Shown one piece after another: positions 28,918 to 39,900 of a DNA stretch of 64,000 bases. The notes beneath the pieces were generated by a model. The model was not told where the DNA came from, did not search any database, and saw only the letters and a list, made by a program, of their open reading frames with translations. Location: positions 1 to 64,000 of IMG/VR virus record IMGVR_UViG_3300021387_000175; one strand, written 5' to 3'. Numbering within the stretch: the stretch's first letter is position 1; each line of letters opens with the position of its first letter. The position numbers and the translations under genes are program-made. This DNA comes from a virus (Duplodnaviria > Caudoviricetes).

Positions 28918-31900
28918 CTAATCCTCCTTGTATTCATTCAATTGTCTTCTTAAATCAGTTATTTCCTTCTGGAGATAGGAGATCTCCTCAGTCATCTCTT
29001 GGAATGCTTTTACGAAATAACCTGATAAGTAGAAATCGTTTATAGTTTTTATATTCATATTTCCTTCTTCATCGTAACCACCACCAACTACAAAATCGGA
29101 ATCAATAGCTTCGATCTCATCCGCAACCATACCGATTTTTTGATGTTGTTTTGTGGATTTCCAGTCGAAAGAATGAAGAGGAATTTGATTTATTACATTA
29201 AGCGCAGAGGAGACCTCTGTGTTTTTTATATTAGTTTTAAGACGAACGTCTGAAGTGGAAGATGCTAAAGTGTAAGAAGTGTAATTGCCAAAAACAGGTG
29301 GAGTCGAACTGGCATTTTCAACGGATTGTCCATATACTTCTACATTTCCTTCTTTACTAATTCTTACAACTGCAACCTTACCTTTACTCGATGATCCTGT
29401 TGTTCCAATTGGAGTATAATCAGAATTATCACTGGCAGTAACAGTAACCGAACCCAATGCAAGCGTATTGGCATGAGTTATTGTATTCAATTTAATATTG
29501 GGCGTAAGAATTTCTTTCGCATGCATATGGTCTGTATGTATTTCAGGTGCTTCAATCTTGCCCTCAACATATAATTCATCAGTACAACATACTTGATGTA
29601 CGTCTAAAATAAACATCGGCGGTAAATCTACAAATGGTTCAGAGGTTTCTTTTACTCCTGAATCAGAAGTATAAACATAATTCGGCATAGGACCATATTG
29701 TACTCGTTCATACATAACTATCGCCGTTAAATTTGGTATAGTCGCATTCTGAAAAATCATTCCTGTGTTAATTTTTAAGTTTTCAGCGGTGACACCAGTA
29801 AAAGTACCAGATTCTACCGTTAAAGCGTTTGCCGTAAGATTATTTAATGTACCATTAGTAATAGCTACTTTTGACAATACAGCATTTTCAATAGTTGCTT
29901 TATAAGAATATAGATGCCCTTGCTGAGTTACAAAAAATTTTGAAGAATCGGAACTTGCGATTGATTCACCCGGTGCAGTTTTACATCCCGCATAAAATAC
30001 TGCTGTACCTTTTGTTAATGCCTGAATACCACATCGTACAGTACCAGTCTCTTTTGTACCATCTCCATCAAAATCCCATTTTTCAACATTATCATCATAA
30101 AATTCAATTCGTCTACCATCATCTTTATCTGATACGTTCGCAGGAAGGATTGTCCATCCCGCAATATTACCACCTTGTGCTGCATTAATAGTTCCCTCAA
30201 AGTATCCATCCGTAGCATATAATTTACCCTTATTATCTACTTGGAAAGTACAATGCTTGGTGGTACTGCTATAAGGACCTAAGTAAATGCCGTCTGCGCA
30301 TAAATGTACACCGTTTAAAGTAGATGTAGTTAAGATTTTGTTATTTGTATATAAACAGCCGTTTTTAATAGTAAATCCACCAACCATGCCTGAAGTGGAA
30401 TGTAACTCTCCATAAATAATTGCATTCTGTGCTTCTAATAAACCATTGTTGTTTACACCACAATATGTTACATTATCACCAGTAGGCTTAGTGGTTGTAA
30501 CCGTTCCGTTTGATGATACATAAACATTTTTCTTTAAATAATTATCTATACCAGTAACCTTATCCGTACTTAATCCAGTCACTGTACTATTCTGCCCAAG
30601 CGTTAATGAAGTGGCATTAATATGTCCTTCTACATAAAGATCACCTTGATCATTTAATTGTAGAAGTGTCTTATTTCCCGCTGTCATGGTTAATAATCTA
30701 TCACTCTTAGGATGCACCGAAAAAGTATTAACGTTATTAGTTACTTCAAGACCATAATCATTCATAACTAATGATGCATCATCATTGAATATCTTAAGAT
30801 TTTCACCTAAAATAAGCTGACCGACAACGGTCTTGGCTATGACTCCATAGTCATCTATATAATGTTTACTGAACGGATCGTAATATGTGAATGCACCAAT
30901 AGCTGCATCAATGGTATTCCATGAATCACTGGTAGTATACAGACCAGAGTTGAGTATTCTTAGCTGACCTGGTTTATATCTGTCTTCTTCATCTACATAA
31001 GCTTTTGCCCAGAGTCCTGTTTCATCAAAGGTTACTTCCTGTGTATATGGATTATTTAAGTACCGAATCTTAGTAGCATCCAGTCCTTCTTGTACCCAGG
31101 ATCTTACATCCTTGGAGATAGCTGAATTCTGTCTTACTTGCTGTGCGAAAGAAGAGTAAGAACCCGCAATACTACCTGCAGCATTAAGGACAGACTGAAT
31201 ATCAGATGCTCCACTCCATAATTGCTCTACTGTGGAAAATTCTACTGCCAATTCTGTCTGATCATTAAAATCTATTTCATAGGAGAGTAGTCGCAGATTA
31301 TAGATCTTATCCATGGCTTGCATGTGTATCCAGTTACCTACTTCGAATTCATCCATAATAGGTTGGAATTCAGGAATGTTTAACAAATTATATAAATTCC
31401 CAGATACTTCATACTGTAAATGAGAAGCCTTAAACAACTCTTTTTGAGCCTGATCTATAAAGTCTTCTGCTCTGGCAATAACTTCTCCATTATCCAGTCC
31501 TTCTGCGACATAATGATCATTAGAGTAAGTATCCTCCCTACGATAGTTACAGAATACTTTCCAGAGATCTTCACCTAAGTAACTGGCGAAGTTGAGAATA
31601 GATTGCGTGTCTTCCCGGTATTGTTCCAGAACACGGCGAATAGCTAATATAGCAATATACTGTTGCTCCCTCTGAGCAATAGCATTATCAATAGCCGTCC
31701 TGCGTTCCAGATAATACTCATTGTATATTCTCTGGATATCCTGACTGGCCTTTAATAACACACCCTGTACATCTACATAAGCAGGTCGTACAATATTCAT
31801 CAGGTAGTTTAAGGAGTAATGCTCCAGATTCGTCTTAAATTTATTTAAGTTAGCTACTCTATCGTTATAATTCAATTTTTCAGGATTATCAAAATCTGAA

Positions 31901-33771
31901 GTATCAAACAGAGATACAATTTTTGCATCTTTTCTATCTATTAATTTCTGCACAGACTGCTTTATATAAGTGCATTCATCTCCTGTAACTTTGGTAGTGA
32001 CTACTTCAGTATAAAGAATATGATCTCTTTCATCTATGGTATTTTTATAGCCAATGGTAGCTATAATAAACTTGCCTGTCCAAATACCATAACCGTTCTC
32101 ATCCTCTGCAGGTATCCAAGTATTATCTGATTCTTCATCAATACTAATATCATACACACCAGTATTACATAAACACTTTGCCAATTGAATGATGGCGCTG
32201 TTTACTACTGATATGGATGATGTGGTAGGATCCGTAACTGCAATCTCACCAAAATTCTTTGGATCTGTTAATATAGCAGCTGTGTCTTCCAACGAATCAT
32301 TATTAGTCACTACATCAGGAACCATGGAGTCCAGTACGAACTCCTCTATATCCAATGTGTTATAATAGATTTCTGCCAGAGTCTGGTAACCTACACATGT
32401 CTCATCTAGCTTCTGCCAAGCACCAATAGTGTCTTCTTCGAAGTGTCCTGAGATGAAATCTATAAAATCATTGTACTGTGATCTGTAATAGGAGAGAGGT
32501 TTCTTGTTATTATTGATAATCTCTTCATAATGAGTAGGAGTAGCTGTTCTGACGTATACTTCGAAATTATGATTCAGATTATAGATGCCCTTGTCCTCTT
32601 CAAGATCACCTTTATAATATTTCTGGTATTCAGTATTATAATCGTTTAATCTTTCCACCAAGTCTTCGGGCATTTCCATCAACTGTTCATCGGAATATTG
32701 ATAAATATAAGCACTGCCATTCGGATTCTGGTTGATGATGGCAGCGGTCATCAGATCGTCTCCACCTTCCATTCGAAAACAGTTTTTCAATTCATCCTTA
32801 TTAGTGGATACCGTAGCAGAGGATAGAAGATTATCATGAGAGACCAGTATTTTAGTATCCTTGCCATAACCATTTGTTACATGAGTACTTCCACAATAAG
32901 GACATTTATCCCTGAAATCTCCACGGTATCTGGTAAGAATATTCCGTCTTTTTTTCATATCCAGACGATAATCACATTCATCATTCTGACAGACACTGTA
33001 TAAATCATAAGCAGATACTGTTCGATCTACAGAGTCAAACTTGAACCAGACATGATATTGTTCTGCTACATCCCCTGTAAGGACGGAATATATATCTTCA
33101 TCATCAATAGCAAACTGATACCAGTCCGTTAAGTTGTATAATGTCTCATCTACATGTTTTATCTTGTAATTTTCTGCTTTATCTAATAATCTGTGAAGTA
33201 AGGAGACATGCTTCATACGTTTATAATCAGTTAACAAAAAGTTATACTGTGACAGATAACCCGCATAAGCACCTGTATCAATATCATCACGAGCCATTTC
33301 CGCTTTTAATGCTTCCATTTGTCTTTCATACTCAGACAGATCTCTGCAAAACACAGTATGGTATTCTGCATCCCATTCTGGATCATATTCCATTTCGAAG
33401 TCAGTGTTGATCTCCAGATCATACAATTTAGTATTGGCTAGTTCTGTTTCAGCCAGACCAGTGGCAGTAATACTTTTATATGTTCCGTCTTGTCCCTCGT
33501 CATAATTGACTTCTATTTCAAAATATTCACCACGGTCACCTAATTCAGGAACAAACAAAACATTAAAGTTGTTAATACGGTCCCAATAGGTATTGTATGC
33601 TCCATCTTTATATCTATGTACCGTGAAGGATATTTCATCTGGTTCATTAAAACTGTGTTTATATTTAACATCAGAAGCATGTATAGCACCAATTATGGTA
33701 TAGTCTTTTCTGGCTAGAAAAAATGATAAAGGCTTTACATACTGGTTATCTATAAATGAAAGATTCGCCAT
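28918..33771 (-). CDS. Tal-like tail-tip/central spike protein with C-terminal peptidase S74 chaperone (1617 aa)
   Basis: N-terminal prophage tail (gp27-like) motifs (EISFTV, KNCFRMEGG, FEVGNWIH..LRLLSYEID), 'GG.IAGW.I' gp58-like repeats, SDVRLKTNI. Confidence 0.8.
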   Translation of the reverse strand: MANLSFIDNQYVKPLSFFLARKDYTIIGAIHASDVKYKHSFNEPDEISFTVHRYKDGAYNTYWDRINNFNVLFVPELGDRGEYFEIEVNYDEGQDGTYKSITATGLAETELANTKLYDLEINTDFEMEYDPEWDAEYHTVFCRDLSEYERQMEALKAEMARDDIDTGAYAGYLSQYNFLLTDYKRMKHVSLLHRLLDKAENYKIKHVDETLYNLTDWYQFAIDDEDIYSVLTGDVAEQYHVWFKFDSVDRTVSAYDLYSVCQNDECDYRLDMKKRRNILTRYRGDFRDKCPYCGSTHVTNGYGKDTKILVSHDNLLSSATVSTNKDELKNCFRMEGGDDLMTAAIINQNPNGSAYIYQYSDEQLMEMPEDLVERLNDYNTEYQKYYKGDLEEDKGIYNLNHNFEVYVRTATPTHYEEIINNNKKPLSYYRSQYNDFIDFISGHFEEDTIGAWQKLDETCVGYQTLAEIYYNTLDIEEFVLDSMVPDVVTNNDSLEDTAAILTDPKNFGEIAVTDPTTSSISVVNSAIIQLAKCLCNTGVYDISIDEESDNTWIPAEDENGYGIWTGKFIIATIGYKNTIDERDHILYTEVVTTKVTGDECTYIKQSVQKLIDRKDAKIVSLFDTSDFDNPEKLNYNDRVANLNKFKTNLEHYSLNYLMNIVRPAYVDVQGVLLKASQDIQRIYNEYYLERRTAIDNAIAQREQQYIAILAIRRVLEQYREDTQSILNFASYLGEDLWKVFCNYRREDTYSNDHYVAEGLDNGEVIARAEDFIDQAQKELFKASHLQYEVSGNLYNLLNIPEFQPIMDEFEVGNWIHMQAMDKIYNLRLLSYEIDFNDQTELAVEFSTVEQLWSGASDIQSVLNAAGSIAGSYSSFAQQVRQNSAISKDVRSWVQEGLDATKIRYLNNPYTQEVTFDETGLWAKAYVDEEDRYKPGQLRILNSGLYTTSDSWNTIDAAIGAFTYYDPFSKHYIDDYGVIAKTVVGQLILGENLKIFNDDASLVMNDYGLEVTNNVNTFSVHPKSDRLLTMTAGNKTLLQLNDQGDLYVEGHINATSLTLGQNSTVTGLSTDKVTGIDNYLKKNVYVSSNGTVTTTKPTGDNVTYCGVNNNGLLEAQNAIIYGELHSTSGMVGGFTIKNGCLYTNNKILTTSTLNGVHLCADGIYLGPYSSTTKHCTFQVDNKGKLYATDGYFEGTINAAQGGNIAGWTILPANVSDKDDGRRIEFYDDNVEKWDFDGDGTKETGTVRCGIQALTKGTAVFYAGCKTAPGESIASSDSSKFFVTQQGHLYSYKATIENAVLSKVAITNGTLNNLTANALTVESGTFTGVTAENLKINTGMIFQNATIPNLTAIVMYERVQYGPMPNYVYTSDSGVKETSEPFVDLPPMFILDVHQVCCTDELYVEGKIEAPEIHTDHMHAKEILTPNIKLNTITHANTLALGSVTVTASDNSDYTPIGTTGSSSKGKVAVVRISKEGNVEVYGQSVENASSTPPVFGNYTSYTLASSTSDVRLKTNIKNTEVSSALNVINQIPLHSFDWKSTKQHQKIGMVADEIEAIDSDFVVGGGYDEEGNMNIKTINDFYLSGYFVKAFQEMTEEISYLQKEITDLRRQLNEYKED

Positions 33772-33812
33772 TATCTCCCTCCTTTCTATATGTTATTAAG
33801 TGTATAAAAAAA

Positions 33813-33910
33813 TACACCCTATAAGGTATAAATATGAGATATAATTCATATTCATACCTTATAAGGCGTAAAATAAAATTCAGCCCATGATATTCTCATG
33901 GGCTGAATTT
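33813..33910 (-). terminator. two tandem hairpins after the TMP gene
   Basis: Perfect 15-bp inverted repeat AAATTCAGCCCATGA/TCATGGGCTGAATTT (33876..33910) followed by ATTTT on minus, plus a long imperfect hairpin at 33813..33870. Confidence 0.65.
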
Positions 33911-33922
33911 GTCAATGAAAAA

Positions 33923-36900
33923 TCACGCATACTTATACTTACTCATGGAATTCTTACCTAATACCGCACCCAATGTCATATCCTGTACTGCGTTCTGGAA
34001 GTTACGATCAGCTACAAGAGCGGACTTGAACTCATCATAATTCTTCACATTAGGAAGTGTGATACTTAACTGAATGGTAGTATTCGGTGAGAGAGTAGTA
34101 TTAGTGGTATTATTGATGACAGGCTGAGATCCGAAAGACTTAGCAAACATATCGGGAATATTCATTTTCGCTAATTTCCAGAGATTATCTGTCATTTCAG
34201 CATTGAATACCGCATCACCTCTACCAAGAGGAGTGAGGATAGCACCATCAGACTTACGGATAATAGTCTCAAGACCTTTTTCCTGAGTCCAGGCATTCAG
34301 ATCAGTAGGAACTGATTTAATACCTGTGACATAATGCCATCTTGCATGATAAGCATCGGAATCTTCTTTCGCTTTATGATAGGCGTCTTGTGCTTCATCA
34401 AATCTGGTTTTAGCATTTGCAAACTGTACTTCCAACCTGTTTAATTGACGCTCTAACTCTTGTATTTCTCTTTCTTTGTTTTCGTAGTTCTGTTTCGCTT
34501 TTAATGCTTCTTCAGATAATTGTCCTACCCTTGATTGACCTTTATATTTAGTAAATTTACTACGTTCCTCTTGCCGTTCTTTGTTTAACTGAGAAATATT
34601 ACGTTTAGTCTCAGCGATTTGTTCATTTAAAGTATTAAAATTGGAATATGCCTCATCTACTGTTTTCTTTGCCTGTTTAGTTTTACTATCCTTATCAATG
34701 GTATTCATCTTTTTAGACAAATTCTTCACCGTTGTAACGGTAGTATCATCTAAGGCGTCTTTTTCTTCTTGAGACATTCCTTTATACTCTTTAATAATGG
34801 ATCTAACAGCATCGTAATCCTTTGCCTTTAACTCTTTTTCTTTGCCAACATATCCAGAGACTTTTTCTCTAAAAGCTGCTTTTGCCTGTTCTTCAGGCTG
34901 ACGGGCTGCATCATCTATTACAGATTTTACGGCAGCTTCAATACGATTTTGTAAAGAACCGTTTTCTTTTAAAGAGCCAACAAGATTATCAGTGATATTT
35001 TTATCTACTTGTTTCAAAGTGTTAACAGTATCTGTTGTGTTACTACTTACACCAAGTGCATCAATTTTATCAGCAAGTAAATCTTGCATCTTTAAAAGAA
35101 CTCTATCACGATCTTTCAGATATCTATCAATCCATTCTTGGAAGTTAGCAGACAAATCATCCAACATCTTTTGGGCATCAGATAAGTACTTACTATATTC
35201 CGCATCCCGGAGATCCTGTCTGGCATCTTTAATATCTTTCTGCAGTTTCTGAATCTTAGATACAGATTCCTCAGAGGTATTATTCTGCCAAGCAGCTAAC
35301 TGTTTCTCCAGATTGGTAATATTATTAGCCTTTTCAGTAATTTGTTTCTGATAATCATAGGCTTCTTTCTCGGCATTCTTTAACTCTTTATACTTACTGA
35401 TTGTTTTATTCAGAGCAGTAAGCTGTGCTTCATAACCTTGACGAGCCAAATCAATGACTGCCTGCTTAGATGCTTCAGCAGCTTCCATAGATCCCCAATA
35501 AGCATCCTGTAATTCATTCATACGATCAATTACTTCTTTATCTGTAGGATCTAATTCATTATCATTGATCTTTTTGACCAAAAGATTATACTCATGTAAA
35601 TACTGCTGTGCTTCCGCAAGATTTGCTTTATAATCCGTATTCTTCAGATCCAAAGCAGCCATACCATATTTAGTAATATTACCTTGATTATCTGTATCAA
35701 AGAACTGTTCGTTGGAAATCAGATTATAATAATGATCAATCTCAGAGTTCAAACGCTTCGCACGTTCAATACCATCATCAAATTTCTGCCAGTTAAGCTT
35801 CTCCATAGCCATAGCTTGCTCATGAATATCCAGATTCAATTCTTCAATAGAATCTTCCAATTCAGCTATGATTTGTTTCGCTTCAAACCATTCATCAGAA
35901 CCTACAGTTAAGTCCTTAAGAAGTTTTTGCTGTTTTGCTAATTCTGCATTATATTCAGCAAGCATAGAAACATCTTGACGAATAATGTTCTTATAATCAT
36001 TACGTTGAGCATAATGACCATAAGCCTCTGCTGCATCAATACGTTGTTGCGCTTTTGTTTTACGGCGGTCATACTTATAACGATCTTTTTCACCTTGATT
36101 CTGAACATTCTTCATCTTTTGAAGTCTGCGTTGTTCATTCTCTTTTCTAATGGTTTCTTTATTAATTTCCGCTTGTGCTTTTGCTTCACGTCCCTGTTCA
36201 ATTGCTTCATTATAACTCAAGCAAGCCTCTAAGAAGGATGCCTGAATATAACCCGCATTTACCAGTTCTGCAATTTCACCAATAGTGTCACCATCAATAG
36301 CCACTTTTGCCTTAATATTCTTTTGGACTTTAGCTAAGGCTTTTTCTACACGAGATTTGACTTTCTTATTTTCATTTGCATCATATTTCTCTGTAGTTGC
36401 ATTACCTTTCTTTAACGTGGTTTTTATTTTTGTGGCGTTCTCTTTCCTAAGCTTTGCAAATTTTTCAACTTTCGCCCGATCATTCTTTTTCTGTGCTTCC
36501 GCAATTTTAATTTGCTCATCAATTAATTTGTTTTGACCATCAGCTGTTGTTTTATTTTCAATTTGTTTATCACGAAGATTGATTTTATTTTGTAATCGCT
36601 CATTTTTGTTATCATACATTTGAGCGTAATTCTGATAGATCTGTTGAATGTTTTCAGCAACCGCCAACATTTCTTCCATTTTTGCATCTTCGAAATTTTG
36701 CAACGTCTGATTATAAACAACCAATTGAGCTGCCAATTGAGGATTCTTTTTCTCAATATAGCTAATATCTTTTTCTTTGACGGGTTTATTGTGATCCATC
36801 GCAGTTTTTATACGTTTTAATACTGTTTGATATTCTTTATGAGACTTTTTAACAGTTCCATTTTTAACCCGTTCTTTTTCTAGTTTAGCTTCTTCCTTTG

Positions 36901-39900
36901 CTAATAAAGGATCAAGTTCAATCGATACTTCTTTTGACGCTTCTTCAAAATCTTGAAGATTCTCTTGAGTGGCTTTTCTATGAATTCTAATTTGCTTTCT
37001 TCTTTGACGATTTTCATAACGAAGTCTGCCGTTAGAGTATTGATAAGCATTATCAGTTCTTGCTTCAAAGTTGCTTTGAGCAATTTGAATGAAGTTATCA
37101 GATAAACTAACTCCCGCATCACGTTGTGCATCATGAACTTCTTTTAATGATTTGGCATATTCACGAGCCTGGGCCTGAAGTTCTTGAAGGGCATTCTTAG
37201 CTTCAATAGCCTTATCAATCCATTCTTGAGTACCTTCAATTACTTTACGGGTATCTTCATCATAGCTATTGATATCAATTTCACCATTAAGAATTTTATC
37301 CCATAATGCATCTTGATTTTCTTTGGTTTTTTTAGGTATGCCCTTTTGGTTCATTCCCTTTTTGAAAACTTCTTCAGCTTGGGCATAGTATTTATCATAT
37401 GCTGCATCTTCATTGCCTATTTGCTCATATATTTTTTCTAAAGCATCTTTGTACTTTTTCTCTGATAAACCATATGCCATACGGTCAAGGAATTCTTCAG
37501 CGAGAGAGGAGAGTTGATCAATCTTAGTTTGAACACGCTCTATGCGGATTTCAATCCAATCAAAAAGTTTATCGAGGTATTTATCAAAGGCATCGGTCTT
37601 ATCTTTCTTTTTGGTGGTGGTTGAACGTTTTCCATCGCCGTTACCGCCACTGCCTTTACGCCTTCCACCGTTGCCATTACCGTCACCATCTTTACTATCT
37701 TTTTTAGGCTTCCGTTTAGTATTTACAGGTTCAATATTAACATCACCATTAATAATAATAGTACCATTATTACCCAATGTCTTATTTAAAGAATCTAAAC
37801 CAGTAGAACCACCTGCATAAGCTACTCCACGAGAATTTATAGAACCATATTTAAACAGTTCTTCTGTTTGTTTATGGTTGAAAATAATATCGCCTTTTTT
37901 AACGTCTCTGAATTCAGCACCAGATTCGCCCAGTAAATCCCATTTAGTACCACGTACACGGAGTTCTGGGCCGAGTTCACCTACAAGAGAGGGTTCTGTT
38001 TTCTTAGCACCTATTGTACCTGATGCAAATGCGTTACCTTTAAATAATGAAAAATGAGCATTGCCTTTATATGAACCTGGTCCATCACCATTACCATTAC
38101 TATTTTCACGGTTAATTTTAATTTTAATATTAACAGTACGATTCATTTTATTTAATTCGCTGTTAATATTAGATAAAACTGTTTTGGTTGAATTTGCTTC
38201 ACTATGCAAAGATCCTAACACTTTGCTACCACTAACAGAAACACCATTAATACTATTAATAGTATTTTTAGCAGTACGTGCCTCAGAAGAAATATTCTTT
38301 TCTTTAGAAGCTACCCCTTCAAGATTTCCACTTATAGAACTCAGACTAACATCATTAATTTTTCCAACGTCATTAACACTTGTATTGGCTTCTTCAGAAA
38401 TATGTGTTATACCTTCATCAAAATTAGTAGTATCTAAGGTGGCTTTATATTCAATAACTGTTTCTGTAGTTGTAGTTTCTTGTTTTGGTGCTTCTCCACC
38501 ATCACCATTCGGACCTTTTTGCTCCCGCTTATGAAGCTTTTTAGTATTGGTATTAACTTGTTGCCCACTTTGGTTTAATGCGGTTGAGGTTGTCAATCGC
38601 CCCATTGTTTGTTCTATCGTTGTTAAATTAGTGAGAAGTTGGTCAGAACCTAATGTACCTATTGTATAAGAATTAATAGTTGTAATTGCTTCACCCAAAT
38701 TTTGTGCTGCAGAAGCAGATTCTTCACTTATAGTCGTATTAAGATCTTTAATTGCTTGTTGAGCCTTTTTCGTATTTAATCTATCAGCTTCTTCTTGTAT
38801 TTGCTCAAAGGTTGTTTTTCCGCTTTCCCCTAATGATTTTATTGCTGTAGAAGAAGTAGTAAGATCTATATTATTAAATAGCGCACTTAATTGACCATTT
38901 GAAAGCTGATTCATTTCTCGTAAATCGCCAACAATACCTTCAATTTGTTCTCGTGCCTTTTGTCCTGCAGTACGATCCCCAGTTGCTTCAGCAATTTTAT
39001 ATGCTTGCGCTGCAGCGCTAAGTTCATTAATTTTTGCAGCAAAATCTTTTTCTGCTCCCTCTTCCATACCAGAGATATCAATTACATATGTCTGGTTGGT
39101 CAAGGCAGCTAATTGTGCTTGTGTATTTTTAATTAATTCATTAAGCGCTTCTAAAGACGCCTGACCATTTTCGGTATCAATAAAATCGCCATTTTCGTCA
39201 TATAACGCTTTTTTTGCTTCTTCTAACTTATTTAATGCAACGGTAGCATCAACAGCATTATCATACTCAAGATCAAAATCAATTTGATCATCCTTCTCAA
39301 GACCTTTATTTACAGTTTCTTTTAATTCCTCTAACTCTTCAGGAGTCTTAAAACTATCAACTGCAATTTTATATAATTCTATTTGACGGTTAGCATCGGC
39401 TATTGCGTTAGTGTATTGATTCCATAATTCAGAATTTTCTTCTATCTCTCCACTATTAAGACGCTCATTCATTTCATCAATAGATTTACTAAGCTCATCT
39501 ATAGTAGTCGGCGCTCCATCTAAAGGATCAAGAAGATCATAAGTTACTCCTGCATCAAGCATTGATTTCACCAATTCACTCGATACAGAGAATCCTTCTT
39601 TTCCTAATACATTTTGCATATAATCTGATATCGCTGCAGCAATCATTCCTTCGTCTCCAACAGCAAAATTCAAATCACCATTTTCGTCAAAGAAACGCTC
39701 CATTCCTGCTTGATGTAATGCTTTTTCCGTCATGTCAAGAAAATCATTTACACCTTCGTTATCATTAGTCATGTATTTTTTAATAAAGTCCGCAATATTC
39801 TTTTTTTGCCCATAGACTTTATCACCATTCATAGACTGACCCGTGATCATTTCCATATATGCAAGGACTTCAGGATCTGCCCAACGTTCATTGTCTAATT

